Below, in pieces: positions 38,551 through 52,058 of a stretch of DNA of 64,000 bases. Under the pieces are notes generated by a model. The model was not told where the DNA came from and ran no database searches. It saw only the letters and a list, made by a program, of their open reading frames with translations. Source of the stretch: Eledone cirrhosa. Lineage: Eukaryota. The stretch is taken from NCBI GenBank assembly GCA_964016885.1, contig OZ024744.1, positions 84,134,001 to 84,198,000 on the forward strand. Direction: 5' to 3'. Each line of letters opens with the position of its first letter. Position 1 is the stretch's first letter. The position numbers were made by a program, and so were the translations under genes.

Positions 38551-39359
38551 CTAGAGTGGTTCCTCGCTTTCTCTGAGAAATAATGGACTGAATCGGTAGC
38601 CATTTTGTAGAATAATAATATTGATAAGTCCATTTGATGCTCACGCTTAAAAACTCCGATGATGGTCACATTGAAATAGACTGTGGATAGTCATTTGTGA
38701 AGCTTCAGTAAAAAGAGAATGGATCAGGGGCGTTGTAGGGTTATTTAGTCTTTTTTTCGTAACCGTAATACAATTTTCTGTTAGTTGACCTATACTAAAG
38801 GGCTTCGCTGATAGGGTTATGTGTGTTATAATTTCCCACTTCCATGTCATGGAAAGAAGTTGTGGTGAATGTTTGTGCTTATTGAATATTAATGGCTTTA
38901 ATAGTTGTTTCAATGTTCAAAAGTGGCCCGCCAATGGAATATGTTGCACACTCCTGGAATAGATGGTCACGTTTTAAGCAGTTGGCGTTTTTAACGGTTG
39001 GCGTACTGTTTACGAAGATGATGCATTGACACTGCTGGGGCACCGTTTAAAATGTGGTTGGATGGTCATGATTGGAGTATAAGACAAGATAAGACAAAGG
39101 GTTGGAGAGGATTTGAAAACAAAATGTCACAAAAATTATAAATATGAGTGTGTGGTGTATGTATGTGTATGAGTGTGTGGTGCGGTGTGGTGCGTGTGTG
39201 TGAAAGAGAGAGAGAGTGTGTGTATGGGTGTGTGAGAGTGAAAGAGAGAGAGAGAGAGAGAGAGTGACAGAGAGAGACTAAGATTATCTTTATCTAATAG
39301 ATGTAAGCATGATATGAAGACATCTGTTGACTATCTCGACATTAAAACGATGTCTGTAT

Positions 39360-39460
39360 ATCATGGTTAGAACCGGACATCCAAGTGGACAAGAACTTGG
39401 AAGTTCTCATGATCAGAGAAGCCAGTTTCACTCAAAAATGGGCTGAGAGCAAGCTGCCCC
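39360..39460 (+). mobile_element. Degenerate Tx1 ORF2 fragment
   Basis: PDIQVDKN..ASFTQKWAESKL resembles PDLQVEKNW..ASLTQKWAGRKL of the Tx1 copies. Confidence 0.6.
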
Positions 39461-40110
39461 TGTTTGTGACGGGGTTTTTATATGCCCTCAAAAGAACAGT
39501 AACTGGTGTCCCTAGCTGTTGCATGGAAGAACGTTTCAAAATGCATAGAATTGATGCATGCTGCTCAAAATAGCTGATGGAGTGAATCAATATTCATATT
39601 TGTGACGACAAAGACTTACCCATAAGGAAATACTATAATACAAGCTCTAGTGAAATACAAGGTTGATAGACATGGAGATTGTGATTGACCTTATGGCGCA
39701 ATGTGAAGATATTATGACTGCAGAGTTCAACTGAAAGGAAATGTGGTTATAAAAGGTCATATACATTTCTAATGAAACCCAAAACACACAGTACCATTCC
39801 AGAGCTATGTTCGGCCAAAGGTGCAGAAACAAAAACAATGCGACTAGAGGTTATGAGGGAAAATCCAAGCCCTTTTAACCAATTGAGATCTTTTTTTTTC
39901 CTAAAGAAGAAGAAGAGAAGAAGAGACTGTGAAGGTGGTTGACAACAGTATATTCCAGAAGCTGCTCTCTCAAAAGTATCACAAGTTCCATTACTGGTTA
40001 CAGCTATGAGCGCGATAAAAATATTCACCTTGCCTTCATGACCAAACCTTGACGACTATGAAGCTCCTCCTTTGATCACTGCTAATAGAGCAACTTCATA
40101 TTGTAATAAT

Positions 40111-40299
40111 TGTTTCTAATTTTGGCACAAGGCCAGCAATTACTCCAGTGCATTACTGGTACTTTATTTTATTGACCCCCGTAAGGATGAAAGGCAAAGC
40201 TAACCTCGGCGGGATTTGAACTCAGAACGTAAAGGGCCATAACACCATGCTGCAAAGCATGGTATCTGACGCTCTATCGATACTGCCAATCAACCACCC
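40111..40299 (-). mobile_element. SINE S1 with diverged 16-bp TSD
   Basis: TTCATATTGTAATAAT at 40095..40110 and TTCATCTTGCAATAAT at 40300..40315. Confidence 0.88.
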
Positions 40300-40586
40300 T
40301 TCATCTTGCAATAATGAGAAGGACATATGGAGCGCATACACGGTAAAGATAGTCAATAAAAACGCAGAAAAAAGACAACTCTGGTTGCCTTAACATACAA
40401 ATTCTTTTTCTCTAATACATTTTTTCGTTTCATCATCTTCCCACTCTCTTCTATCTTTCTATTTCTTCTATTATTTTCAAATGAAGGACGAGCAGCCAAA
40501 ACGTTAAAATGCCTTTCCTACTATATCAAGCGTTAAACTAATATACTGTTTTGTTTGCTTTTTTGTTTTCTGTTTACTTTTCGCGC

Positions 40587-40668
<82 letters not shown>

Positions 40669-40676
40669 ACACACAC

Positions 40677-40709
<33 letters not shown>

Positions 40710-41983
40710 ACCAAGGAGTTGTGGTAAGGAACCAGATGAACCATAACGCACCAGAGAACTCAATACTTACGGTAGTAGACTGGGTAATAGGGAAAAGTAT
40801 GACCCAGACGGCAGAGCTCAAGCCGTTTCGACGGCTATTTCTGGACTAAATTAGAATTTTTAGTCTGGTAAATAAATAACCGAACTTTTCAAGGGGTACT
40901 TCCTTATATGGGAAGATTGTAGTTGTCAAGAGGATTGGTCAACATTTGTTGTAAACACAAATAAGTCTATCATGGCAGTGGGTGGGAGGTGGGATGGCTG
41001 AACTTGCCTGTAGAACAATGAGGGGGTGGGTGGAGCCGGTCAAGCGTTGAAAGTGAAATATATACGGCAAATTCTAAGGATTGTGTATGAAAGTAGGAGG
41101 TAGGCGAAAAAAGGTTTCTGGAGAAAATAGAGGAGAGACGTTATAGAATGGGTAAATCAATTGAGATTAGGAGTTAATAAAAAAATAAGAGAAAGATATA
41201 TAAAAATATAAAATAGTGAGAAGTGATAAAAAAACAAAAATTATAGAGTCTAAAACAGCTGCTATATTTAGTTGGTGTTGTTTTTTCTGCCAATGCTATA
41301 GAATGAGTTGAGAATAGAAGATAGTAAATAAGAATTATTGAAATTGTAGAATTGGGTAGTAAAAAGTAATACAAAATCTCTGGGGTCTAACACAGCTGCT
41401 ATGGTTAGTTAGTATAGCGTATTCGGCCAATGCTATCTTTAAGTTACTGGGGTGGGAGTACTGGGGTTACTGAGGCCCGATGGGCTGCCTCTGGGTAGGC
41501 GAAAGGGGGAAAAAAAGAAAAAAAAGGACGAGGAAAAAGATAGTGAGTGGAAGGAAGTGATAGGAGGAGACAAAGGGAAGAAGAAAACATAAAGGAAAAG
41601 AAAAGAGGTACAACTACCTATGTAAGCTGAGATTTCCACTATCTTATTCGTTTCAACCCTTATCTACTGATCCGGATAGTTAGGGGATTTGAGGGCGAGG
41701 TAAGTCTTACGCAATCTGTGTTTGCATGCAGTTATCCGTTCGTCTTTTTTGTTCATTATTCTACAGGCAAGTTCAGCCATCCCACCTCCCACCCACTGCC
41801 ATGATAGACTTATTTGTGTTTATAACAAACTTTGACCAATCCTCTTGACAACTATCATCTTCCCATATAAGGAAGTACCCCTTGAAAAGTTCGGCTGTTT
41901 ATTTACCAGACTAAAAATTCTAATTTAGTCCAGAAATAGCCGTCGAAACGGCTTGGGCTCTGCCGTCGGGATCATACTTTTTC

Positions 41984-41985
<2 letters not shown>
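40710..41985 (-). mobile_element. 5'-truncated Penelope-like element with inverted pseudo-LTR
   Basis: 41760..41665 translates IMNKKDERITACKHRLRKTYL.., the end of the endonuclease domain. 41761..41982 is an inverted copy of 40795..41013. Flanked by (TA)n. Confidence 0.75.
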
Positions 41986-42016
<31 letters not shown>

Positions 42017-42319
42017 CATATAGATTGAGTTAGAAACTGAAAATAGTCTTTTACAATTAAATAGCTCAAAGAAGGGAATCTTTCCGAGCCGTATAATATA
42101 ATTGAATATATGAGAGGGATGGACTCAGATACAAGTATACATGTGTTCCAATTGCAAATGACTAACTTAGCTAGGTTGAAAAAATTCTGATTTAAAACAA
42201 TATGGTTTGCCTGTCTCGATATAAAGTGATAAATCAATAAAAATAACAAACCTATATCGGGCAACAGTCTTTGATACCCGGACAGTTCTAAATCTGTTTC
42301 GTAAACATTATTAAGTAAA

Positions 42320-42375
42320 ATGAAGTACCAGTAATACACTGGGTAATTGCTGGCCTTGTGCCTAACGTAGAAACA
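42320..42375 (+). mobile_element. 5'-truncated SINE S1 with 13-bp TSD
   Basis: ATTATTAAGTAAA at 42307..42319 and 42376..42388. Confidence 0.85.
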
Positions 42376-42868
42376 ATTATTAAGTAAAGAGAAATTCAAA
42401 CACAAACTGGCGCGAAAGCTGATGTGCTTATTCACGTGACTGCATCAACCAACCAAACTTCACTCATATATGAAAAAACAACCTGAGCCCCCATCCCCAA
42501 CCCCTTTTTTAAGGCAAAGATAATAAGAACTTTGTAACGCGAAATGGCGCGAAATTTATTATACTTTTTCACCAACCAACCAAATTACTTCTCTAAAAAC
42601 CTAGCATTTCGATCCACTTTTTTTCCATATAAAACAGAAGTGACATTCAAACACCAACTAGGTGTGAGAATAACCACAAACCCTCCATCCCAATTCTACT
42701 TTTGAAAAGAACAAGAACTGCGAAACCGGTAAAGGAACCAAATAAATATATATTTTTTAAAAGAAGACTCCAGTTGCATTTTCGATTTCATCTTTTTTTC
42801 TTATACTTTCACACGTGTAAGACACCTCGGTTTTTTTTTTTCATTTTGTTAAAAAACCTCACTTTCTA

Positions 42869-42900
<32 letters not shown>

Positions 42901-42921
42901 ATATATGTATATGTATATATG

Positions 42922-42952
<31 letters not shown>

Positions 42953-43061
42953 GTATATATATAGGTTGATCGACAAGATCCCTGACCTCATTCACTTAAC
43001 GAGTTAGAGTGGAGCTCGTCAAATCGGAGCGAGAAAATAATACTTGCATTGGTCTTTATAG

Positions 43062-43155
43062 TGAAGGCCCGTGACTGAGTGGTTAGCGAATTGGATTCGC
43101 AATCGTGAGGTTGTGAGTTCGATTCCCGTACCGGATGTTGCGTTATGTCCTTGAA
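43062..43155 (+). mobile_element. tRNA-derived SINE head (S2-like) inside a (TA)n-flanked module
   Basis: A box TGACTGAGTGG, B box GAGTTCGATTCC, then TGTCCTTGA. Confidence 0.6.
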
Positions 43156-43643
43156 CTTCTCCTTCTGCCTGAATTTGCGACCTGTAGATATTATTAGCCA
43201 TTGGAATGACCAATGTAATATATATATATATATATATATAGTAGTGAAAGAGTGAAAGAATAACATGTTCGACTGTACAAAAAGGGTTTTATTTGCAGTA
43301 TTAACAATTGTTTCATTGATCAGGTGAGTCTAAAGGCCACTGATCGCTCGAAATTGCGTCACTCGACCTTAAATACTGTGTGTGTCTCTGATCAAATCAT
43401 TGGAATACACACTCACACGCATATATATATACATATATATATATATTGTTACATTTGGGGATGGCCATGTTGCCAATATTGTGCAAAACGCACACACCAT
43501 ATGATTTTCACTTTATCTTTATTGTTCGTTATTCATTTGTTTATCAAAGTTCTTTCGTCACACATTCTGTGACTTCCTCGATGATTATCTATTGAGCATG
43601 TTCTAGTTTGGCATTTTGGTATAGCACCTTGTAGAACAAATGC

Positions 43644-43706
<63 letters not shown>

Positions 43707-43779
43707 AGTGTGTGTGTGTGTGTGTGCGTGTGAATGTTTGTGTGTGTGTGTCTGTGTGTGTCTCTGTGTGTATCATCTT

Positions 43780-43870
43780 AAGTAGAAGACACTTTCACAA
43801 TATGGCGCAGTGAGATCGAACTCAGAATCAGGAGATTGCAAAACAGATGTCCTTACCACACAACAATGCC
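43780..43870 (-). mobile_element. Degenerate tRNA-SINE 5' fragment
   Basis: The reverse strand shows TGTGTGGTAAG..GAGTTCGATCTC..GTGTCTTCTA. Confidence 0.5.
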
Positions 43871-44699
43871 AATGAATGCTAATATATATCTGTGTGAGTG
43901 TAAATGTATGTGTGTGTGCGTATGTTTGCGTGTATTCTGTATTTGTGTGTATATGTGTGTTTATATGAGTGTGTGCAAATATTTTGTTGTTCTTTTACTC
44001 AAACTGTACATTTAATTGAAGCACACTTAAAAATTGAAGGAGGCGACATGAATTTTCATCTCATTTTACTTTTATATTATTCATTGTGATTGATTTGTAG
44101 TTCATTAAATCAGTTCATGCTGGAACAAATTTTATATAAATTTTATATTACATACTTTTTCCACAAAATAATATTTCGAAACTAAAATAATACTTTTGAC
44201 TCTACAGACCTCTAAGTATGACGGGAACCTTTTTTTTTTTTTATTATTCGTTTCAATAAGCTCTATAAATGCAAACAGACCAATATTCTGAATAGTTCAG
44301 AAATATTAAACAGTAGAAAGATATATGAAGAATGTAAAAAGAAGAATATATGACAATCAAAATATAAATATAAATGTAAAGATAAATGGTAAGAAAAATA
44401 ACTTAATTAAAATAATTAGCTTATTGTTAATAGTTGAGATTACAATTTTTGTGTATCTTTAGTTATTTTCGTTTGTCCTGTCTTTTTGAATTTCTTTTTT
44501 TTTTCTCTCGTTTGTAATTATTGTATCATTCATTTTTTTGTTTTGTTATTGTTGTTGTTTTTGTTTTAAGTGAGGAGTTTGTAAGGGTCCACAACAATTA
44601 AATAGTGAATACCCGAACACTTTTAAATACATACACTTACTGCTTCTTGATTCGACGAAAAATGGTTTCACATTTATAAAAGGGCCTCAAACATTAAAA

Positions 44700-44719
44700 T
44701 AAATGAATGAATGAATGAA

Positions 44720-44762
<43 letters not shown>

Positions 44763-44882
44763 ATATAAAAAACAATAACGAAAGAGAACAAACGCAAAAC
44801 AAAATGGAAAAGAAAAAGAACGAAAGAAAGAATGAAAGACAGAAAGAAAGAAACAAAGAAAGAAAAAGAAAGTATGAAAGAC

Positions 44883-44933
<51 letters not shown>

Positions 44934-45026
44934 AAAGAAAAAGAAAGAAAGAAAGAAAGAATGAAATAATGAAAGAAAGAAAGAAAGAAAGAAAGAAAGA
45001 ATGAGAATGAAGGAAGAATGAATGAC

Positions 45027-45089
<63 letters not shown>

Positions 45090-45350
45090 GAGAAAGAAGA
45101 AAAATAATGAATGAATGAATGAATGAAAGAAAGAAAGAATGAATGAATGGAAGCAAGAAAGAATGAATGAATGACAGATAGGAAGAAAGAATGAAATAAT
45201 TAAAAAAGAAAGAATGAATGAAAGACAGAAAGAAAGAAAGACAGAATGACAGATAGGAGGAAAGAAAGAAAGAATGAGAGAAAGAGAGAAAGAAAGAAAG
45301 AAACAAACAAACAACCAAAGAAGAAAGAAGGAAACAAAGAAAGGAAACAA
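44700..45350. repeat. Compound (AAAT)/(GAAA)/(GAAT)n microsatellite
   Basis: Direct reading. Confidence 0.95.
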
Positions 45351-46065
45351 AGAATTTTGTTTTTTTAGTAATAAACTCACAACATCAACAACAACGGTTG
45401 TTCTAATATATTCCCACTTAATAAGCTTTACGATTATTTATACTTGTTTCACTTCAAAAAGTAAAAAGAAAAACATTGAGATTTCCTTTTTTATTTAGTA
45501 AATCGAGAATATTTTATCAGATTTTCGTGTTATTTTAGATTTTTCAAACACTGGAAAATAAAAATATAAACATTTCTAAAAATAAATAAATAAATAAAAA
45601 ATAAATAAAATAAAGTAAAAATATAATATATTGGACTTTGAATCCGCCACATAATTAATGATATTGTCAACAGTATTCAAATATACTGTTTAATTGATTA
45701 AATTTGATTTTGAAAATGAGAATTGCATCTGAACTGGGTTACTACTGAAGGGCTTCAGCTGCTCTGAAGAGATAGACGATGAATATACAGAGACATTAAA
45801 CTTGCTTAATTTATATTCATTTATTTAACTTCATATTATTATTTTTTTATCACTATTCATGTATTTTTATTGTCACATAATATGTGCCGTCCCATATGTA
45901 TACATACATTTTTACCTATATATACGTGTATGTGTGTGAGTGTGTATGTATTACATATTCATATATATATATATATATATCCAAAATTAAAATTAAGGGT
46001 TGTCATGTCTGAGAGACATGCGCCATATCCACCGTAGAATAAGCTCAAAGATTAGATCCGAGCAT

Positions 46066-46358
46066 TATATATCAACTAGAAATGGATTGACATATATATA
46101 TATAAAATAAACATATGAAACAATCACAGGGAATAATTTGTAAAGAATGTAAGCACACAGAGCTAGGTAGGTAACTAATTAAAGTTTGACTAGAACTTCA
46201 AATATAGATACCTTTTAAAATTGAAGTTCTAGTTAAACTTTAATTAGTTACCTACCTAACTATGTGTGCTTACATCTTTTACAAATTATTCCCTGTGATT
46301 GTTTCATATGTTTATTTTATATATATATATGTGTCAATCTATTTCTAGTTGATATATA
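46066..46358. repeat. Long inverted repeat (~135-bp arms, ~20-nt loop)
   Basis: Arms TCAACTAGAAATGGATTGAC..CTAGAACTTCAA and TTGAAGTTCTAG..GTCAATCTATTTCTAGTTGA. Confidence 0.9.
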
Positions 46359-47689
46359 TATAATTCGTTTTTGAATTTTTTGGCGAGATTTCTTATCTTA
46401 AAACGTGTGTCTGAAACAGATAGATATTATTATACTTTGGCAGGGCCATGTTGCCAATTTATTATACGTTTCCGGTTGGTTGGTTGGCTGGCTGGTTGGT
46501 TCGATAACCGGAATGTTGTTTATATATTGTCACAGCTCTTTCGTCACAGATTCTGTGACCTCCTTAGTGACTAGGTCTTTATTTTATGTGTCCTCTCCTT
46601 TGTTCTGTCCTACACAATCTTCTTTTGTGTGTTGTGTGCTGTGTGCTTAGTTTGCGCATGCGTTACATCCGTCAGCCAGCAGTTGCCAGCCTGGGTGACC
46701 GCCTTAATATATATATATATATATATAAATGTAATCTGAGTTCTTCGAGTATTAATAATAATATTCGATTCGTTTGCAATTATGCAAACAGCCTCTTTTT
46801 TAAACCATGTCAGTAGAATCAGCCCCTCATTCTCGCTCTGTTGTTGGCATGCAAACAGAACTGCAGACACTAATGTTTCTGGGTGATTACCCTTCATCGG
46901 TGCAGTTTACTGTTTACTGCCAACTGTCAGAGCTAGTGAAAATATATGATATTTTCTGAAATATACAGTGACTGATCGGCCTGATTTTGATAACGAATCG
47001 AATGTTATTATTAATATTCGCGAAACTCAGATTACATTTATTGTATTCAGCCATCTAGAGCGATAACTAATTGTTAGTTATTATATATAGAGAGAGAGTG
47101 TGTAAGAAGTTAAGGGCAGAAATATTCGCTTGAAGGGAGTGGGGTTCTCTGAAGACCGAGCTACATCCAGATTATGACTCCTGGGTACCCTTCAGCTGAC
47201 ATTTACACATTCGGATATCGGAGATTTGCTGTGTATTCAAACCGTATGGAGATTTTCTTGACAGGATCTCTGTTGCCTCTGCTTTCAAACTTATATTTAT
47301 ACATAAGGGTGTTTCATATTGCAACCTATTCACCAATCGTCTCATGCTGATTACGCCCGTGATCAAGTTGGTGAAATAACGACATATGCTGGATTATTGG
47401 TCAATTGAATAATATTTAGGGGTTGCACAGTTTCACATCTTTTTATCTATAACAGGTTCTTTTTTTACCTGGCTTATAGTATAATGCCCTTTCTGTTTAC
47501 TTTACTGAATCCAATGAAGGGGCCACATAACAGAACGAAATGAAATGAAAGTAGGAGGAATACATTTTACATGCATAATAATATTGGGTTGAAAGGGAGA
47601 AACATTTTTTATGAATGAAATTTATAATCGGAAACGAATTTTTCTAGATCTATCGATTCACGTGGTGTAAGCAAAAGTTGTTTCTTGAC

Positions 47690-48125
47690 CACATTTGTAG
47701 CCTTAGCCATCAAGCGAACCAAGTGCTAAGCTGCTGGGACTGAGAAGGAGATGTAGGGCGATGGCCAACCACCAATATAGAGAAGGGAGAGATTTATGAA
47801 CTCAGCATAGTCTTCTCGGGGATGATCACCAAAATGCACTACAGTCAGTAGATTTTTCAACCATCTTTTTAGCTCGTAAAAATGTCCCATGGGCTCATTC
47901 TCGTCCAGGATAATTTTATAATGAAACTTATCGATAGACACTCAATGTTTCTGGAACCTTTTTAACACTGGCATACGGGGACCAGATGATGGGTAAACAA
48001 TCCCGAAGATTTTCTTCAAAACCAATTCAAGAATGTGATGGCGCTAACCCACTCACAAGGGAGATTTTTTTCAGAGCTGCTTCAATTTTTGGATTAGACC
48101 GTTGGTGCATGCTGATGTTACTGGC
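47690..48125 (-). mobile_element. DNA transposase remnant (Sola2-like, tentative)
   Basis: HHILELVL..SSGP..KRFQ..HPREDYAEFINLSLLYIGG..VPAA*HLVRLMAK, with stops. Confidence 0.5.
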
Positions 48126-48384
48126 GGTACTCTTGAAAGTAAAATAATTATTCTATCGTCAACTTTGAGTCGTTGAATTTCCTTCAAAATAACTTCAGCG
48201 ATTTGTTGTCTGGTTGATTTCTTTTTATGAGTGAGTTCATTTATTATTATCATTATATATATATATATATATAGTAATAATAATAAATGTGAAGACTAAA
48301 ATCCGAAGAGGGCTCGATAAGGATAATATAAATATATATAAATATATATAAAAACCGTAGAGTAAATTATTTCTATACCGTGTG

Positions 48385-48755
48385 AGGACTCCTACGGTTG
48401 AAACAATGATCCGGAACTACCGTCACAGATGGCTCGGCCATGTATGCCAAAATGTAAGATAGTCGCATTCCAAAACAACTTCTATTGGGTGAATTAGCAA
48501 GAGCAAAGAGAAGCAGAGGGCCGCCCACATAAGCGCTAAAAGGACTGCAATAAAGAAATATCTAAAAACTTTCAACTTCGACCTCTCAACATGGCACAAC
48601 ATGCCTGCAGACCACAGTGCCTGGAGGAAGCAGAAGGAAAACAAAGGGTGTCTGCGATCTTTCGGAAGCACCACTTGCCCACCGAGTGGGAAGGCGCCGA
48701 AGTTGACGTCATAATGTGATTTCCCTTCGTTTAATAATGACGGAGACGAGAATTA
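48385..48755 (+). mobile_element. RTE (BovB-like) LINE 3' fragment
   Basis: RWLGHVC..DSRIPKQLLLGEL..RSRG..KD..W..ADHSAWRK, frameshifted. Confidence 0.8.
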
Positions 48756-48879
48756 ATATATATATATATAAATTAGACAATTATCAAAGTTGTGTTCAAA
48801 TCATAAATATTATTAATATACATAAATAGTATTATGTGTTCATATACATAAATAGTATTATTATATATATATATAGTTA

Positions 48880-49265
48880 TCCAGCATAGTTACGTCCCTT
48901 TACGATCTGAGTTCAAATCCAGCATAGTTACGTCCCTTTACGATCTGAGTTCAAATCCCGCCGAGGTTGACTTTGCCTTTCATCCCTACGGGGTCGATAA
49001 AACAAAGTACCAGTAATGCACTGGGTAATTGCTGGCCTTGTGCCTAACGTAGAAACAATTATATATATATATATATATAGGCGGTGGATTGGCAGTATCG
49101 GTAGAGGGTCGGACGCCATGCTTTCCAGCATAGTTACGTCCCTTTACGATCTGAGTTCAAATCCCGCCGAGGTTGACTTTGCCTTTCATCCTTACGGGGT
49201 CGATAAAATAAAGTACCAGTAATACACTGGGTATTTGCTGGCCTTGTGCCTAACGTAGAAACACT
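48880..49265 (+). mobile_element. Cluster of SINE S1 copies (partial + partial + full)
   Basis: Copies at 48880..48920, 48920..49040 and 49079..49265. Confidence 0.9.
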
Positions 49266-49494
49266 TATATATATATATATGTGTGTGTGTGTGCGTGTGT
49301 GCATATATATATATATATATAGTAATAAGGATATTTATATTTATATATGTTTAATACAACTATAAATGTGGAGGGTAGTACTAAGTACTAGCCGGTTACC
49401 GGTATGACAAAAGGCTCAATGCGAATTTTCAAGTATTTTACAGAGCCGAGACACAAAGTGTTAAAACGATCAAATTTTAGTTTAGAACATTATT

Positions 49495-49541
49495 TGCTGA
49501 CAATTGTTTCTTCCAAAGGGAAGTCTGGAATCATCGGAGCA
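49495..49541 (-). ncRNA. Minimal type I hammerhead ribozyme motif
   Basis: TGCT-CCGATGA-TTCCAG acttccct TTGGAA-GAAA-CAATTG-TC-AGCA. Confidence 0.7.
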
Positions 49542-50287
49542 TAGGGAATGTTGAAACATGTGATTAAAATCCTAGTCATTCAGAACATTTAGGGTACATA
49601 ATTGTTTTTAGTGTCAAAGGCATCATGTGGAGAATCAGGAGTTAAAAAGATGTTATGCTCGGGAGAACACAATTACAGGCACCACTGGTTGAAAGTGTAA
49701 GAGGAATAAGGAAAAAGTACAGGAAAAAAACTTACAAGCAAGGAAAAGTGGTGTACAATTCAGGAGTCAATACTGTCAATAAAGCATGTATGAGGAAAGA
49801 GTTATAATGCAGTTGAAATAAACATATTTTGTGCATGTTATAATTGTTAGAAATGTTTAACATGGCGTGCAATTTGTTAGAGAGGCATGTGGTGATAATG
49901 TAGGTATTTGTTATGTGAGGTGTACTGCAAAGAACGCGATGGAGTTGGATAGGTGATATTCAATAAAGTGTTTAGGTGTTGTAGTTCATATGTATGTGTA
50001 TATGTTGTTTGTAACTCACAGCTATTAACCATGGGATTATTTTCAGTCGTTTATAGTCAATAGGTGTTTGTTTGTTAAATGTAGATTCCACCGAATTTCA
50101 GGCCATGTTGTTATTGTAGATATATTATCTTAAGCATTTTTATCTACAAATTACCTTTTCTAAGGTGTGTATTAACCGTTAATAATCTGTTGGTAAACCG
50201 TCAGATTGCTTAATTTTGTGAGTTTACACAAGAAGTTTACACATGAAGTTTACACAGGATTTTAGTTACATGTTTCGACATTCCTTA

Positions 50288-50334
50288 TGCTCCGATGATT
50301 CCAGACTTCCTTCTGGAAGAAACAATTGTCAGCA
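50288..50334 (+). ncRNA. Minimal type I hammerhead ribozyme motif (inverted copy)
   Basis: TGCT-CCGATGA-TTCCAG acttcctt CTGGAA-GAAA-CAATTG-TC-AGCA, with a palindromic stem III/loop and GUC triplet. Confidence 0.72.
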
Positions 50335-50705
50335 AATAAATTGTCAGCAAATAAATTTGATCGTTTTAACACTTTGCATATATATCTATAAATTGTTCCG
50401 AAAAGATTGATTTGGTAAACACAGGAGCAAGCAAGAGAAAGCTCTCACCATTCGTAGTTTTTAGTTACGAAGGAAATTTTTATAAAAATAACAAAAATAG
50501 AAAATGCTGATGTTACATAAATCGTTTAATCATTATAATTATTTCCACGGTTCTCCCATGCAATCGAGAAGTTTTGCATGCATTTTTCATTGTTATGAGA
50601 ACGGTCTCCTCAGATGATTTAGTGATATGCTGCCGACAGCAAAACACGTCCTTCTGCTCGTGTGTCCAGCAGACATATATCTATATATACATACATATAT
50701 ATATA

Positions 50706-50842
50706 TTTGTGTTGGAGCTCTGAAATAGCGATATGTATATGAATGTACTGTATGTATATTTTAAAACATTTTGAAGGCCTATTATTGAATATACAATACG
50801 TACATTCATATATACATCGCTATTTCAGAGCTCCAAAACAAA
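50706..50842. repeat. Inverted repeat next to (TA)n
   Basis: Arms TTGGAGCTCTGAAATAGCGAT..GAATGTAC and GTACATTC..ATCGCTATTTCAGAGCTCCAA. Confidence 0.8.
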
Positions 50843-51169
50843 TGTCTAATTGTTGCTGAGTCGGTAACTGCTGTGTATGTTGATGAGTTTAAACAGCTCA
50901 TGAACATAATTTGTATTCTATAAGAATCCAGCTTCTACAGGTCACATCAAAAATAGAGTGGCATATAACCTAGATAACCGCTAAGCAGAGAGAAATGCGT
51001 CGGTTTTTACCCTTTGTTTTTACTGAAGCTAGGTATGTGATTATAGTCAGTACAATAAATTCATAGGTAAAGGCCTTCAAAATGTTTTTAAATAAATATA
51101 CAGTATATTATTAAATATACAATACTTACAGTATATATATATACACACACACACATATATATATATATT

Positions 51170-51307
<138 letters not shown>

Positions 51308-52058
51308 AATATATATATATGTGTGTGTGTGTATATATATACTGTAAGTACTGTGTATATATATATATATACAAATTAAATATGTTTAGAATTTTCTGTT
51401 TCTCAATAAGTAAGCTCAATAGACTTTATCTAGAGCCATAATAACCAAATTAAAAGATATATATAGAGAAAGAAGGAGAGAGAAAGAGCCATATATCGTA
51501 TAAAACACAGAGTATATTGTATATATACCAAATACATATTCTATAGACGAATATGTATACAGGTGGAACCATAAGAGAAACTTTATAGCGCTATTTCATA
51601 CCGGGAGAGTATAGCTAAAAAGCGATCTATATAATCGATCATCGAAAGAAAGAAAGAAACACAATCAATTAATATATTCGATCATCGAAGACAAACTATC
51701 GATCATCATTAAACCACATGAGACTCAGAGACTCATCAGAGGTTTAGACGCACCATTCTAAGGAAAATACAGAATGAAGATAGTAAATAAACAAATATAG
51801 CTGGGAATATCACAGCTAAGTACAATAAAGTAGCTCAGTAGACAATATCCAAACCAATATTAAGTCAAAAGTAGAATATATATATATATATATATTTAAA
51901 ATATAGCGATTCTTTGCTTAAACTTTAATTATTATTTTAATAAATATTTGCTCTAGGCTCTTATATATTTGATATATATTTATCCTTATCGAGCCCTCTT
52001 TGGATTTTAGTCTTCAAATTTATTATTATTACTATATATATATATATATATATATATA

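Noticed and set aside
44674-45380. Phe/Leu/Ser-rich membrane-protein-like ORFs
   Set aside because: These are translations of (TTTC)n repeats.
44630-45800. Possible host exon on the minus strand (donor GCA|GTAAGT at ~44640)
   Set aside because: There is only an isolated donor-like site, with no ORF or acceptor support. RNA-seq would be needed.
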